Assembly (NCBI GenBank): GCA_963702845.1
Contig: OY969763.1
Location: forward strand, 4,320,001 to 4,384,000
DNA length: 64,000 bases
Direction of reading: 5' to 3'
DNA from: an uncultured Verrucomicrobiae bacterium
Lineage (GTDB): Bacteria; Verrucomicrobiota; Verrucomicrobiia; Limisphaerales; Palsa-1400
Below are positions 39,530 to 49,782 of this stretch, in pieces (position 1 is the first letter of the stretch; every line of letters begins with the position of its first letter). Position numbers and translations under genes: made by a program. The notes under the pieces were generated by a model, which made no database searches, was not told the origin of the DNA, and was given only the letters and a program-made list of their open reading frames with translations.

Positions 39530-40863
39530 TTGCCGGCGCGGGACAATTCGCGCAACACGCAGTCGGTGGCTTCCAAAGTTTTTTCAACGTCAGTGTCGCT
39601 GTGAGCGAAACTAATGCTGCCTTGCTTGGCCGCCACGGGAAAATGGTAGATGCCGCGTTCAATCAGCGCGCGGCGATATTTCACGTCAAAATCACCATTA
39701 TGTTTTTCGAGAATGTCCCACCAATCACGCGGCTCTTCGTCCATGAAATAAATACAGCTCGCGCTGCCGATACGGGAAATGGTGATGGGAATTTTGTGCC
39801 GTGCGAAGAGTTCGCGCTGCCCGGCTTCTAGCTTTTGCCCAAGCATCTCGAGTCGCCCGTAAACATCGTTCTTCGCGTCCATTAGTTTTCTCAAGCAAGC
39901 GATCGCAGCGACGACCGGAATCGGATGCGCATTGTAGGTCCCGGCGATCAATACGCGTTTTTTAGGGTCGGTGGAAACGGCCAAATCCATAAAGCCCGAT
40001 TTGCCAGCGAGCGCTGCTATGGGAAATCCGTTCGCGATCGCTTTTCCAAAAGTGGTCAGATCAGCCGTCACGCAAGCTATCGGTTGATAACCCCCGAGAC
40101 TGGCGCGAAAACCGGTTTTCACTTCATCGAAAATGAGTAGAAATCCATAGCGGTCTGCCAGTTCGCGTAATCCTTTCAAGTAACCGGGTTGCGGTTTGAC
40201 GACGCCGATGTTCTGCAAGGCCGGCTCAGTGATCAGCGCAGCGATCGCATATTTTTTCGCGACGCGTTCAACGGCATCGAGGTCGTTGAATGGAACGATG
40301 CGCGTGAGCGGTTGTTCTTCGGGCGGGATTCCTGCCGTGATCGGCACCTGAGGACATTCATCGCCAACGATTCGTTTACCGCCCAGTTGTTCCCGGCCGC
40401 TCATCAGGTTGGTCGCAACAGCGTTGTGATGGCCGTTGTAACCACCTTGCATCTTGATGATATGCGAGCGGCCCGTCCATGCGCGTGCGACGCGAAGCGC
40501 CTGCGCTGTAGCTTCGGAGCCCGTGTTTAAAAACTGCACCTTTTCCGCGTGCGGAACTGCCTTGAGAAATAAACGTGCCAGTTCGCCTTCTTCCGTCGTC
40601 GGTCCGCTGCCATAGTTGGACAAGTTGTCTTGTAACGCCTTGGTGACGGCGGCGTTCAAGTCGTCATCATTGTGGCCTAATATATACGGAGCAAAACCTG
40701 CGTGGTAATCGATGTATTCGTTCCCGTCGATGTCCCAAAGTCGCGAACCTTTAGCCCGCGCGAAAGCAATCACCGGGTCGGCTTTGCGGTTGAGCGATGC
40801 GAGTCCGCCCGGGATCGTTTTGGAATTCTCGGCAAGCAACTGTTCAGATTTCGAATGATTCAT
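39526..40863 (-). CDS. Class III aminotransferase, glutamate-1-semialdehyde aminomutase-like
   Basis: WDIDGNEYIDY, NTGSEAT, LIFDEVKTGFR, TFGKAIANG, GTYNAHP. Confidence 0.88.
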   Translation of the reverse strand: MNHSKSEQLLAENSKTIPGGLASLNRKADPVIAFARAKGSRLWDIDGNEYIDYHAGFAPYILGHNDDDLNAAVTKALQDNLSNYGSGPTTEEGELARLFLKAVPHAEKVQFLNTGSEATAQALRVARAWTGRSHIIKMQGGYNGHHNAVATNLMSGREQLGGKRIVGDECPQVPITAGIPPEEQPLTRIVPFNDLDAVERVAKKYAIAALITEPALQNIGVVKPQPGYLKGLRELADRYGFLLIFDEVKTGFRASLGGYQPIACVTADLTTFGKAIANGFPIAALAGKSGFMDLAVSTDPKKRVLIAGTYNAHPIPVVAAIACLRKLMDAKNDVYGRLEMLGQKLEAGQRELFARHKIPITISRIGSASCIYFMDEEPRDWWDILEKHNGDFDVKYRRALIERGIYHFPVAAKQGSISFAHSDTDVEKTLEATDCVLRELSRAGK

Positions 40864-42113
40864 GGAGCGACTTCCTCTCCTTTAACGATGGGAACGCCGA
40901 CGCGATTGGCTGCAATGGGTTTGATCAAAAACAAAAGGGCAGCAGCGGCAGCCAAGCAAATGGCCGAGAACTGAAAGATTCGACTAACATCAATCTGTGC
41001 ATCGCGTAAAGCGCCGCCCGCAAAAATGGTAAGGCCGCCGACAAAACACGCGAACATGTTTAAAATCCCATAGCCCGTCGCGCGATAACGCGCGTCGGCG
41101 ATGAGGCACAGAATAGGCATCATGTTCGTGTCGGCAAACGAACGCATCAGGCCGTAGATCATCAATCCGAGGATCGCTACGGCAAGCAGGCTTGTATTGG
41201 CGGCGAGCAAAATCCCCGGCGCTGCGACAAAAAGACCAATCATGGTAATCGTGATCCTTCGATGTTCTCCCGAGCGGCTCCATCGATCGGTTATTGCGCC
41301 ACCGACTACGACACCGAGCAAAGCGGCCGCTTGCAGAAACCCCGTGGCGGAAAAACCGGCTGAGCCTTGTTTGAGGTTGAACTGTTCCTGAAAATAGGTC
41401 GGCATCCACCCATTGATAGCCCATCCCACGATTCCGAGCAGGCCCCAGAATAGGATCGCAATATAAAATGAACCGCGGCTGAACAGGCTTTTGATCGCTG
41501 GCAGAAACTTCGTTTCCAAATCCACGCTGACTTCCCGATCCGTTGCATCACGCAACAGGAAAACAAGGAGCACGGCATACAAAACGCCAATCACTCCGAA
41601 CAATTTGAATGCATAACCCCATTCATGACGGTCCGCGAGCCAGCCGCCCAATCCGCCCAGGCCAGACCCTACGAACACGCCGCTAACGTGAATTCCATTC
41701 GCCAGCGAACGAGTGGGACCGCGATGATAATCCATGATCAACGCCATTCCTGCCGGGATGTAACACGCTTCGCTGATACCCATCAAAGCTCGAGCACAAA
41801 GCAGTTGATCGAACGTTTTGGCGTGTCCCGTGAGCCACGTGATCGCAGACCAACAAAAGAGGCTGGCAATGATGACGCGGCTTCTCCCAAAACGATCGGC
41901 AAGAAATCCCGCAAAAGGACTGAGCGCCCCATAAACCCAGAGAAATACGGATGTCAGCAACCCAAACTGTTTGTCGGTCATGGGAATCGCCTCGACAATC
42001 GAGCCGTGCATTGTCGTCAGCATGATGCGGTCAAAATAATTCAGGCACGCTACAAACCAGAGCAAGGCTACACAGAGCCATGCCTGCACAGTTGATGGTT
42101 GGGCGCGTGTCAT
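40860..42113 (-). CDS. MFS transporter
   Basis: LNYFDR, GFLADRFGR, many hydrophobic helices. Confidence 0.92.
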   Translation of the reverse strand: MTRAQPSTVQAWLCVALLWFVACLNYFDRIMLTTMHGSIVEAIPMTDKQFGLLTSVFLWVYGALSPFAGFLADRFGRSRVIIASLFCWSAITWLTGHAKTFDQLLCARALMGISEACYIPAGMALIMDYHRGPTRSLANGIHVSGVFVGSGLGGLGGWLADRHEWGYAFKLFGVIGVLYAVLLVFLLRDATDREVSVDLETKFLPAIKSLFSRGSFYIAILFWGLLGIVGWAINGWMPTYFQEQFNLKQGSAGFSATGFLQAAALLGVVVGGAITDRWSRSGEHRRITITMIGLFVAAPGILLAANTSLLAVAILGLMIYGLMRSFADTNMMPILCLIADARYRATGYGILNMFACFVGGLTIFAGGALRDAQIDVSRIFQFSAICLAAAAALLFLIKPIAANRVGVPIVKGEEVAP

Positions 42114-43006
42114 TTCAAAAGTCTCAAAATGCCGTTGGCCGCTCCAATGCGCGCGTCGGGTGCAGAACTCTGGAGCAAAGGTTCGAGGAGGGCGATGCTG
42201 TCAGGATTTCCGCGCAATCCCATCACGATTCCGACTTCAAGCTGTTCGTTGGCCTTGCCGTGAAGATAAGGGAGCAATTGATGCTCAAGCTCAGCCATCG
42301 CGGAAGCGCTATTTTCGTGCAGAAGCAGCGCGGTGATCAAATAAACCCGCGCGATGGAGTCAGAAGGCTCAACTTTTAATTGTTCGCGAATTTTCTCGAG
42401 TGATGCCGGTGCAGGTGTTTTCAATCTGCCGAGCGCAAAAGCAGCACGGATCCGAGCTACTGGATCGTTGGAACGCACCAGCGCGGCTAAGGCTACCTCG
42501 TCTTCATGACGTTCGCCAGCGGTGCTCGAAAGGATCAACAACCACCGAGGAAAAGCAGCGGTGGCGTCGTCTGCCGTTTTGAGCCATTGAAAAATAACGG
42601 AACGATCATCACGGTTCGCGGCATTTAGTTTGCCCAGGCTTTCGGCGGCGGAAACACGATCAGTCGCTTGCGGATCATTCATCGCCGCACGGATCATTCT
42701 GGTGTAAAGCCGATGCTCGTCACTGTCTGTGGAGCGAGCCAAGACACGCCAAACGCCGATCCGATAAGGCGCCGTCGCGGATTCCGATTCCTTGCGAAAT
42801 AATTGCGCGACTTTGTCTCGCGATTCTCCGTTGTCCAACAACCCCTCCGCCGCGTGGATGCGCAACCATTGCGTGTTGTTGGCCATCTCGCGTTCAAGTC
42901 CTATAACCAATTGGGCACGATTTAATGTCATTTCATGTCGTGTTACGCAACCCGCGAGCAACGCGAGGCATGTAAAAAATAAAAATGCGGAATGTCTCCA
43001 TGTCAT
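42110..43006 (-). CDS. HEAT-repeat lipoprotein
   Basis: Lipobox LAGC; repeats RIHAAEGL, RVSAAESLGKL, RIRAAFALGRL, RIGAANGIL. Confidence 0.75.
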   Translation of the reverse strand: MTWRHSAFLFFTCLALLAGCVTRHEMTLNRAQLVIGLEREMANNTQWLRIHAAEGLLDNGESRDKVAQLFRKESESATAPYRIGVWRVLARSTDSDEHRLYTRMIRAAMNDPQATDRVSAAESLGKLNAANRDDRSVIFQWLKTADDATAAFPRWLLILSSTAGERHEDEVALAALVRSNDPVARIRAAFALGRLKTPAPASLEKIREQLKVEPSDSIARVYLITALLLHENSASAMAELEHQLLPYLHGKANEQLEVGIVMGLRGNPDSIALLEPLLQSSAPDARIGAANGILRLLK

Positions 43007-44157
43007 GCAGCGATGGCTTCTTTGCGCGAACATGGTCCGAGCGTTTCGCCTTCCGCCCAGCTCAATGGCATGATGATCTCAGTGGCGTCATTCAACGGCT
43101 TTTCGCGTCGGCGCATTTGTTCCAACAATCGCGCGGCGTGGTGGCCTAGCTCTTCTTCATCGACCGTCACCGCCGACAAACGCCTCGTCAAAGCACCTTC
43201 ACGCCATGTTCCGCCAAAGCTGATGATGGAAATGTCATCCGGAACTTTGACGCCCATTTGCGTTAATAGCAGGTAAATCGACTCCGCTTCCGAATCAAAC
43301 GGGGAGAAAATAGCCGTCGGCCGATTTTTGGCGCGAAGGATTTGTTCAAGATTCACTTTCAGGAAATCTTCATGTGCGACCGTCAGTTTCGGTGAATCGT
43401 CATAACGAACGAACTCGGCCGGCAACTTTCCGCCGTCTTCGGACAATCCTTCACGCAATCCGGTTTCATACTGGCTGCCGAGTCCAGCGCGTTGAAATGC
43501 GAAGAACGCCGCACGGCGATGGCCTCGTTCCAACATCGCGCGTCCGGCTCGCCGTCCAACCTCTAGGGCGGAGAAAGCAACCAGCGGTGCATGGATTCCC
43601 TCAACGCGTCGATGACAAAATACAATCGGGATGCCGCGTTCGTGCAAAGGCCGCAATTGATGCGCTGGGGTTGGTGGAACGGTTGTTGGAACGATGGCCA
43701 CGCCGGCGACCTTCGTATCGATCAACTGTAGTAGCGAATCTGCCTGTCGGAAAAGATCATTGCCTGTGTCACAAATGATGACCTGATTGTGACATTTGGC
43801 CGATGCCGAGTGAAATCCACGTTGCAGCGATGGATAAAATCCATTGCGCGCGTCGGGAATGACTAATGCAAATATATCCAAGCCCGACTTCAACCGCTCC
43901 ATCGCCGATTCATGCACGAACGTTCCGCTGCCTCGCACCCGGCGGATAAGTCCACTCCGCTCAAGTTCCGCCAACGCGTGCCGGACTGTATTGCGCGAAA
44001 CCTCCGCCGAATCCGCCAGCGCAACTTCTGTCGGCAAAGCATCACCCGGCTTCAAACGACCGCCGCTCAATTCTTTTAGAAGATAGGCGCGCAGGCGCTC
44101 ATGCTTTGGAATCCCCGCAAGCGAACTGTCGCCATTGGACTTTTGCGAAATTGTCAT
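43003..44157 (-). CDS. GntR-family regulator with LacI-type effector domain (AraR-like)
   Basis: LKPGDALPTE..LA....VSRNTVRHAL..L...G...RVRGSGTFV; RPTAIF, VPDDISII. Confidence 0.92.
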   Translation of the reverse strand: MTISQKSNGDSSLAGIPKHERLRAYLLKELSGGRLKPGDALPTEVALADSAEVSRNTVRHALAELERSGLIRRVRGSGTFVHESAMERLKSGLDIFALVIPDARNGFYPSLQRGFHSASAKCHNQVIICDTGNDLFRQADSLLQLIDTKVAGVAIVPTTVPPTPAHQLRPLHERGIPIVFCHRRVEGIHAPLVAFSALEVGRRAGRAMLERGHRRAAFFAFQRAGLGSQYETGLREGLSEDGGKLPAEFVRYDDSPKLTVAHEDFLKVNLEQILRAKNRPTAIFSPFDSEAESIYLLLTQMGVKVPDDISIISFGGTWREGALTRRLSAVTVDEEELGHHAARLLEQMRRREKPLNDATEIIMPLSWAEGETLGPCSRKEAIAA

Positions 44158-44276
44158 TAGTTGGAACTAAATGGAACAACTTAGGCTTAAATGTTAAGGA
44201 ACCCGCCAGCAAGCAAAAACTCACTTTTGCTCCGATTTTATCTTGAAACATAATGTTAGAACTAATTAGGTTCTAA
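44157..44276. promoter_or_regulatory. Divergent promoter region with two palindromic candidate operators
   Basis: ttagtt-gg-aactaa (44157-44170) and ttagaac-taattag-gttctaa (44256-44276); both contain gaactaa. Confidence 0.6.
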
Positions 44277-44291
44277 GTAATCTTAGTCACG

Positions 44292-45536
44292 ATGCCAAAC
44301 ACCGCGCTCTCATTATCGCAGGAAGTCAGCCCCAAGGTGCGCGGGTTGTTTTTGAAAAATCTCGGCGACTTCCAAACAGAGCTCGCACGGATCCTCGCGG
44401 GGTTTCTACCTTCGCTGGTGATTTGGCAACAACGGAAGGAATTACCGGCCCTCACTTTTCGTTCGCTTCGTCGCGTGCAGGATCTGCGGCAGCGCGGACG
44501 CGAACTTGGCGTTTCGTTCGCGGAGATGCATTGCAGCGGAGCTGTTGCTGGACGTGAGCTGCTCGACAAACTTTGCGACGCTCCCACCGCGGCCGATTTA
44601 TTCCAGGCCGGAATGGTTGTCATCCCTACCGAATTGATCAGGGGCATTGAGGAGTATCTAAAGCGCAACGATGACGTCTACGATTTGCCGAGCGTCGCGC
44701 TGCTCGAAGCAGACCGCGATGAGTTAAAAGCTCAAATGGTCTGGGCACAAAGCGCACTGCGCCACTTGGCTGACGAACAGAGCAATGTTCCCGACGTAAA
44801 GTTTATTCATGCCATCTCGGAAATCTGCGTCAATCTGCCGACCGTATTGACCGAATACAATATCCGCGCGGCAAGTCCTCTCAAAACAGGGCGGCGAATC
44901 GGCAGATTACCATTCGACGATGCGAAGCTCCCATCCGGTTTTCGTCCTCTTGAGTTTGGCCCGGAAGGATTGGCGAAGGATGCCGATTACGCAGCCCGTT
45001 CCCGTTATCACGCAATTAATTTTCTACAGGAAGTGCAGGCGGCCGATTCGTGTGGGTCGATGCTTTTTGAAGCGGCCGATATGCCGTGGGATTTCTATTT
45101 GGATTTGAGCCGGCACACCTGGGACGAATCGCGCCACGCTATGTTCGGTGAAGCGAAGTTGACGGAACTCGGCACCACCGCAGCCGCCGCAGGGCTTTCA
45201 ACGAAAGCCTATGCCATGCGCCAGACACTCACGCCGCTCGATCGGTATGCGGCCTTGTCCACCCAGGAAGCCGATGCGTTCCCCGGCAAACACGTCGGAT
45301 TGAAAGACGCAGTCGCACATAACGACGCGCTAAGCGCCAAGGCGTGGAGTTACGATATCGCGGATGAAACGCAGCATCTTCGTTTCGGGACAAAATGGAT
45401 TCCGGTAATGATCGAGATGGCAGGCGATCCACGCAGTTACGAGCAGGTCAAGGACGACGCGTGCACCTGGCGAGAGAGCGTCCTCGCTGAAGTCTATAAA
45501 CCTGCTGCCGCGACATTCGAGAGGGCGAAAAAGTGA
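44292..45536 (+). CDS. Ferritin-like di-iron protein (DUF455-like)
   Basis: QEVQA, WDESRH, QE, ADETQH..FG.KW: E / DExxH / E / DExxH ligand pattern. Confidence 0.7.
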   Translation: MPNTALSLSQEVSPKVRGLFLKNLGDFQTELARILAGFLPSLVIWQQRKELPALTFRSLRRVQDLRQRGRELGVSFAEMHCSGAVAGRELLDKLCDAPTAADLFQAGMVVIPTELIRGIEEYLKRNDDVYDLPSVALLEADRDELKAQMVWAQSALRHLADEQSNVPDVKFIHAISEICVNLPTVLTEYNIRAASPLKTGRRIGRLPFDDAKLPSGFRPLEFGPEGLAKDADYAARSRYHAINFLQEVQAADSCGSMLFEAADMPWDFYLDLSRHTWDESRHAMFGEAKLTELGTTAAAAGLSTKAYAMRQTLTPLDRYAALSTQEADAFPGKHVGLKDAVAHNDALSAKAWSYDIADETQHLRFGTKWIPVMIEMAGDPRSYEQVKDDACTWRESVLAEVYKPAAATFERAKK

Positions 45537-46645
45537 ACGCTGCCGAACGTGTTGCAACTTTGGAAGACCTTCCGACTCCTGTCTTAGTTATCGATGCTGT
45601 TATCGCGCGAAACAACATTCGCCGTTTGGCCGAATACGCGTCAAAACATCGCATCGGAATGCGCCCGCACACCAAGACACACAAGAACCGTGTCATTGCG
45701 AAATTGCAGATCGACGCGGGCGCAATTGGGCTAACGGTTGCAAAAGTCGGTGAAGCGGAACAGCTCCAAACGGAAACGAACGATCTGTTGATGGCTTATC
45801 CCGCGGTGGATCGCGCGCGCTGCCAACACCTCGCCGAACTCGCGAAAACGCGCACGATGCGCGTTGCCGCTGACAGTGCGGTCGGCGTTGAGGCGCTTGC
45901 TTCCGCCGCACAAAATATCGGCAGCACGATCGGCGTGCTCATCGAAATCGATGTGGGCATGGGGCGGACTGGCGTGGCCACCGCGCAAGAATCTTTGGCA
46001 CTCGCACAACTGGTGAGCAGAACGAAAGGCCTTCGCCTCGATGGAATACTCTGTTATCCGGGGCACATCTGGAATCCTGTCGCGGAACAAGCCGCGCCGC
46101 TCGCGGCGGTTTCTGCAAAGCTTCAGGAAACGATTGATCTCTGGAAACAAACCGGTCTTGAAGCACAAATTGTTTCCGGTGGTTCGACTCCAACCGCGTT
46201 GCGCTCGCATCTCGTGCCGCAATTAACGGAAATTCGGTCCGGCACATACATCTTCAATGACATGAATACATTCCGCGGCGGGTTCTGCGCTTTGGAGGAT
46301 TGTTCCGCGCGGATCTACTGCACGGTCATCAGCACGACCGTAAAAGAACAGATCGTTCTCGATGGCGGCACCAAGACCTTCACCAGCGACCTCTGCATTC
46401 CCGCACGGGACAGTGGACACGGCTATATGGTCGAATATCCCGAAGCAAAAATCACCACGCTGAGCGAAGAACATGGCCAGGTCAATGTTTCGCTATGTGC
46501 AAAACGCCCGAAAGTCGGTGACCGCGTTTCGATCATCCCGAACCACATCTGCCCATGCGTCAATCTGCAGGACGCGATCTGGTGGCGTGAAGCTGATGGT
46601 TCGCTGCAAAAAATCAAAGTCGATGCCCGAGGAAAATTATCATGA
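45533..46645 (+). CDS. PLP-dependent D-threonine aldolase/D-serine dehydratase (DSD1) family
   Basis: RPHTKTHK, DVGMGRTG, SGGSTPT, SEEHG, PNHIC. Confidence 0.9.
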   Translation: MNAAERVATLEDLPTPVLVIDAVIARNNIRRLAEYASKHRIGMRPHTKTHKNRVIAKLQIDAGAIGLTVAKVGEAEQLQTETNDLLMAYPAVDRARCQHLAELAKTRTMRVAADSAVGVEALASAAQNIGSTIGVLIEIDVGMGRTGVATAQESLALAQLVSRTKGLRLDGILCYPGHIWNPVAEQAAPLAAVSAKLQETIDLWKQTGLEAQIVSGGSTPTALRSHLVPQLTEIRSGTYIFNDMNTFRGGFCALEDCSARIYCTVISTTVKEQIVLDGGTKTFTSDLCIPARDSGHGYMVEYPEAKITTLSEEHGQVNVSLCAKRPKVGDRVSIIPNHICPCVNLQDAIWWREADGSLQKIKVDARGKLS

Positions 46646-47493
46646 TTGTCGATGTTCATAGTCACACGTGGCGTTTCCCGGATGATTTCAACGAATCGTT
46701 CATGTCGCAGGCCAAGCGCGCCCGTGCGGGAATGGAAGTCGACCTGCGCGTTCGCTACGAAGATTACCGCGCCTCTGCACCAGCCGATACGAAGACCATT
46801 ATCTTCGGCGGCAAAGCAAAACTCAGCGGACAATGGGTCAATGATCGTTACGTTGCCGATTATGTCGCCGCGCACTCGGACACTTTGATCGGTTTTCTGT
46901 GCGTTGATCCGACGCAAGACGGTTGGCAACGCGAGATGGAGCTCGGCCATAAGGACCTTGGTTTGCGCGGAATCAAGTTACTGCCGATGTATGCCGGCTT
47001 TCGTCCCGACGAACCGCGACTCGATCCGCTCTGGGCCTACGCTTCAAAATACAAATTGCCGGTCCTCTTGCACACCGGGACGACTTTCGTCGCGCAGGCT
47101 CCACTCGAATGCACGTTGCCACGGCATCTCGATCCCGTCGCGATCCGTTTTCCGGAAGTGAAGATCATCATGGCGCATCTCGGCCATCCCTACGAAGGCG
47201 AGTGCATCGTGACGATCCGCAAGCATCCGAACGTCTACGCCGATATCAGCGCGCTGCATTATCGTCCTTTTCAGCTCTACCATAGCCTCATGCTGGTGCA
47301 GGAATACGGGGTTTGGAACAAAGTGCTTTTCGGCACGGATTATCCGTTCACCACGGTCAACGCGACGATCGATGGTCTGCGCAAACTGAACGACATGACA
47401 CGCGGCACCGGCCTGCCAAAACTCAACGAGAAAGCGATCGAGGAAATGATCTATCGCGACAGTCTCACCATCCTCGGACTAAACCAAAAATGA
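46642..47493 (+). CDS. Amidohydrolase_2 family metalloenzyme
   Basis: DVHSH, RGIKL, LHTG, AHLG, YADIS, FGTDYP. Confidence 0.9.
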   Translation: MIVDVHSHTWRFPDDFNESFMSQAKRARAGMEVDLRVRYEDYRASAPADTKTIIFGGKAKLSGQWVNDRYVADYVAAHSDTLIGFLCVDPTQDGWQREMELGHKDLGLRGIKLLPMYAGFRPDEPRLDPLWAYASKYKLPVLLHTGTTFVAQAPLECTLPRHLDPVAIRFPEVKIIMAHLGHPYEGECIVTIRKHPNVYADISALHYRPFQLYHSLMLVQEYGVWNKVLFGTDYPFTTVNATIDGLRKLNDMTRGTGLPKLNEKAIEEMIYRDSLTILGLNQK

Positions 47494-48461
47494 GCAAGAG
47501 TTCGAACATCGAATGTGTCGCCGTCGTTGGCCTTGGGTTGTTGGGACGAGGCATCGCGGCATGTTTTCTTGCGCACGGATTTCGGGTTATCGGCATTGAT
47601 CGTAATGCCGGCCAGCATACTGAAGCCCACCAACAACTGCCTTTGATGATGGGTGAACTTATCGAGTTCGGCGGGTTTGATCCTAAGCTTCGCGACGAAT
47701 GGCACGCGCGTTACACCGCCGCCCAGGACTTTGAGGGCGTCAAAGATTGCTCCTTTATTGTCGAAAGCGTGACGGAAGACATCGCTGCAAAAGAAGCAGT
47801 GTTTGACGAACTTGAATCGCGGCTTTCCGCATCCATCGTTATCGCTACAAATACGTCGGCGATTCCCATCAGCCAACTGCAGCAACGGCGAAAGGTGTCG
47901 GGACGGTTTGTCGGCATGCATTGGGCAGAACCCGCGCACGCGACCCGCTTCATGGAACTGGTCCGCGGCGCGCAAACTTCCGATGAAACCTTGCAAGTCA
48001 CCGCCGCGGTGGCACGGCGTCTCGGTAAAGAACCATGCGTTTGCCAGAAAGATATTCCCGGCTTCATCGTCAATCGCATCGGTTACGCAATGTATCGCGA
48101 GGCACTTAATATTTTGCAGTCCGGAGTCGCCGACGCCGCCACTATCGACACCGCCATGCGGAATGCTTTCGGACTTTGGGCGAGCGTTTGCGGACCACTT
48201 CGCTGGATCGACATCACCGGCGGTCCCGCGCTCTACGCCAAAGCGATGGCCCACGTCGTGCCCAGTCTGAGCTCTTCACCGGAAATTCCTAAACCGATGC
48301 AGAAGCTCGCCGCCGAAGGCGCAGGTGGCATCACCAACGGAAAAGGTTTTTACACTTACACTGAAGAAGAAGCGCGTCACTGGGAGGAACTTTATCGAAA
48401 ACACGCGTGGCGCGTCACCAAACTGCAGAACGAATATTTTCCACTGAAACAAACCCAATGA
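47490..48461 (+). CDS. 3-hydroxyacyl-CoA dehydrogenase family
   Basis: GLGLLGRGIA, ESVTE....K, TNTS, GMHW, GFIVNR, GKGFY. Confidence 0.9.
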   Translation: MSKSSNIECVAVVGLGLLGRGIAACFLAHGFRVIGIDRNAGQHTEAHQQLPLMMGELIEFGGFDPKLRDEWHARYTAAQDFEGVKDCSFIVESVTEDIAAKEAVFDELESRLSASIVIATNTSAIPISQLQQRRKVSGRFVGMHWAEPAHATRFMELVRGAQTSDETLQVTAAVARRLGKEPCVCQKDIPGFIVNRIGYAMYREALNILQSGVADAATIDTAMRNAFGLWASVCGPLRWIDITGGPALYAKAMAHVVPSLSSSPEIPKPMQKLAAEGAGGITNGKGFYTYTEEEARHWEELYRKHAWRVTKLQNEYFPLKQTQ

Positions 48462-48922
48462 ACGATCGAGAAAAGAAATTAGAAGCGCTCGGCTATCCGC
48501 TGAGCAAATGCACACCCGAAGGCAAACTGGTCGATCCACTCGCCATCGCCGGAAACATCCTCTACGCCTCCGGCCAGGTGCCGTTCGACGGCGATGTCCT
48601 CGTCAGCAGCGGCAAGGTCCCATCGCAAGTCAGCGTCGAGAACGCGACCCGCGCTGCGGCACTCTGCGCGGCGAATGTGTTGCGCTCGGTCTACGCGCAT
48701 ATCGGCTCGTTAGACAAGATCGAACGCGTCGTTCGCATGACCGGTTACGTCAACGCTGATCCCAATTTCACCGACTGCCATCTCGTCATCAACGGCGCAT
48801 CGAATCTGGTCCGCGACGTTTTTGGTGAAGCCGGACGTCACGCCCGCACCGCGCTTTCCATGGCTCAATTACCCCTCGGCGCGAGTGTCGAAGTGGAAAT
48901 GATTTTCCAATTGAAATCTTAA
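48458..48922 (+). CDS. RidA/YjgF family protein
   Basis: SGQVP, INGAS, GRHARTA, LPLGASVEVE. Confidence 0.9.
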   Translation: MNDREKKLEALGYPLSKCTPEGKLVDPLAIAGNILYASGQVPFDGDVLVSSGKVPSQVSVENATRAAALCAANVLRSVYAHIGSLDKIERVVRMTGYVNADPNFTDCHLVINGASNLVRDVFGEAGRHARTALSMAQLPLGASVEVEMIFQLKS

Positions 48923-48934
48923 GGAAAAACTTTT

Positions 48935-49777
48935 ATGCGATTCAGCCGGATCAAAGCCAAGTTACGCAAGAACGAACCTGCGCTTATCACCTGTCTCCAC
49001 TACACCGATGCCACCCTCTACGAGATGACCAGCCTGATGGGTTTCGACGGCATCTGGATGGATCTGGAGCATCACGCTTACTCCGTTGAAACCGCCGCGA
49101 AACTCATGTGCGCTGCACGAGTTGGCGCCTCCGATATCGTTGCGCGACCGGCCAAAGGAGAATTCATGCGCATGGGGCGGCTCCTCGAAGCCGGCGCGCA
49201 GGCGATTATGTATCCGCGCTGCGAAAGCGCCGAGGAAGCCGCTGAAGTCGTGAAATGGTCAAAGTTCGCTCCGTTGGGCGAGCGCGGAATGGACGCCGCC
49301 AATGCCGACGCGCCGTATTGTTTCATGCCAGTTAAACCTTACTTGCGGACTGCGAACGAAGAGACCGTCGTCATCGTCCAGATTGAATCACCGCGTGCGT
49401 TGGAGAATGTTGAAAGCATCGCCAAAGTCCCGGGCGTGGACATTCTCATGATCGGCCCAGGTGATTTGAGTGTTCTCGCCGGCATGCCCTGCGATTTCGA
49501 AAATCCATACATGCTCGAAGCCCGCAAACGCGTGTCAAAGGCTGCAAAAGCCGCGGGCATTCATTGGGGAATGCCGAGCGGCAGCCCCGAGCACACGCGT
49601 CAGATCATGGATATGGGTGCTCGCTTCATCTGTCACGGTGCCGACATCGTCATGGTCAAACGCGCGTTGGAACAGATTCAGGAATCGTACAAACCGCTCG
49701 GCTTCACCTTCGACAACCGTCTCGCTGTGATGGCGGCTGACCTGGAAAAATCAGCGGCTCATTACACGGAAAAATAA
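48935..49777 (+). CDS. HpcH/HpaI class II aldolase
   Basis: DLEH, FAPLGERG, VQIES, IGPGDLS. Confidence 0.9.
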   Translation: MRFSRIKAKLRKNEPALITCLHYTDATLYEMTSLMGFDGIWMDLEHHAYSVETAAKLMCAARVGASDIVARPAKGEFMRMGRLLEAGAQAIMYPRCESAEEAAEVVKWSKFAPLGERGMDAANADAPYCFMPVKPYLRTANEETVVIVQIESPRALENVESIAKVPGVDILMIGPGDLSVLAGMPCDFENPYMLEARKRVSKAAKAAGIHWGMPSGSPEHTRQIMDMGARFICHGADIVMVKRALEQIQESYKPLGFTFDNRLAVMAADLEKSAAHYTEK

Positions 49778-49782
49778 GTCCT

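Noticed and set aside
39526..40863. Housekeeping hemL
   Set aside because: Lies inside a catabolic operon on an island with no tetrapyrrole genes; treated as a paralog
47313..47489. N-terminal extensions in the ORF track (also 11349, 48407, 53003, 56280)
   Set aside because: They overlap upstream genes or lack homology signal; downstream ATGs give typical coupled starts
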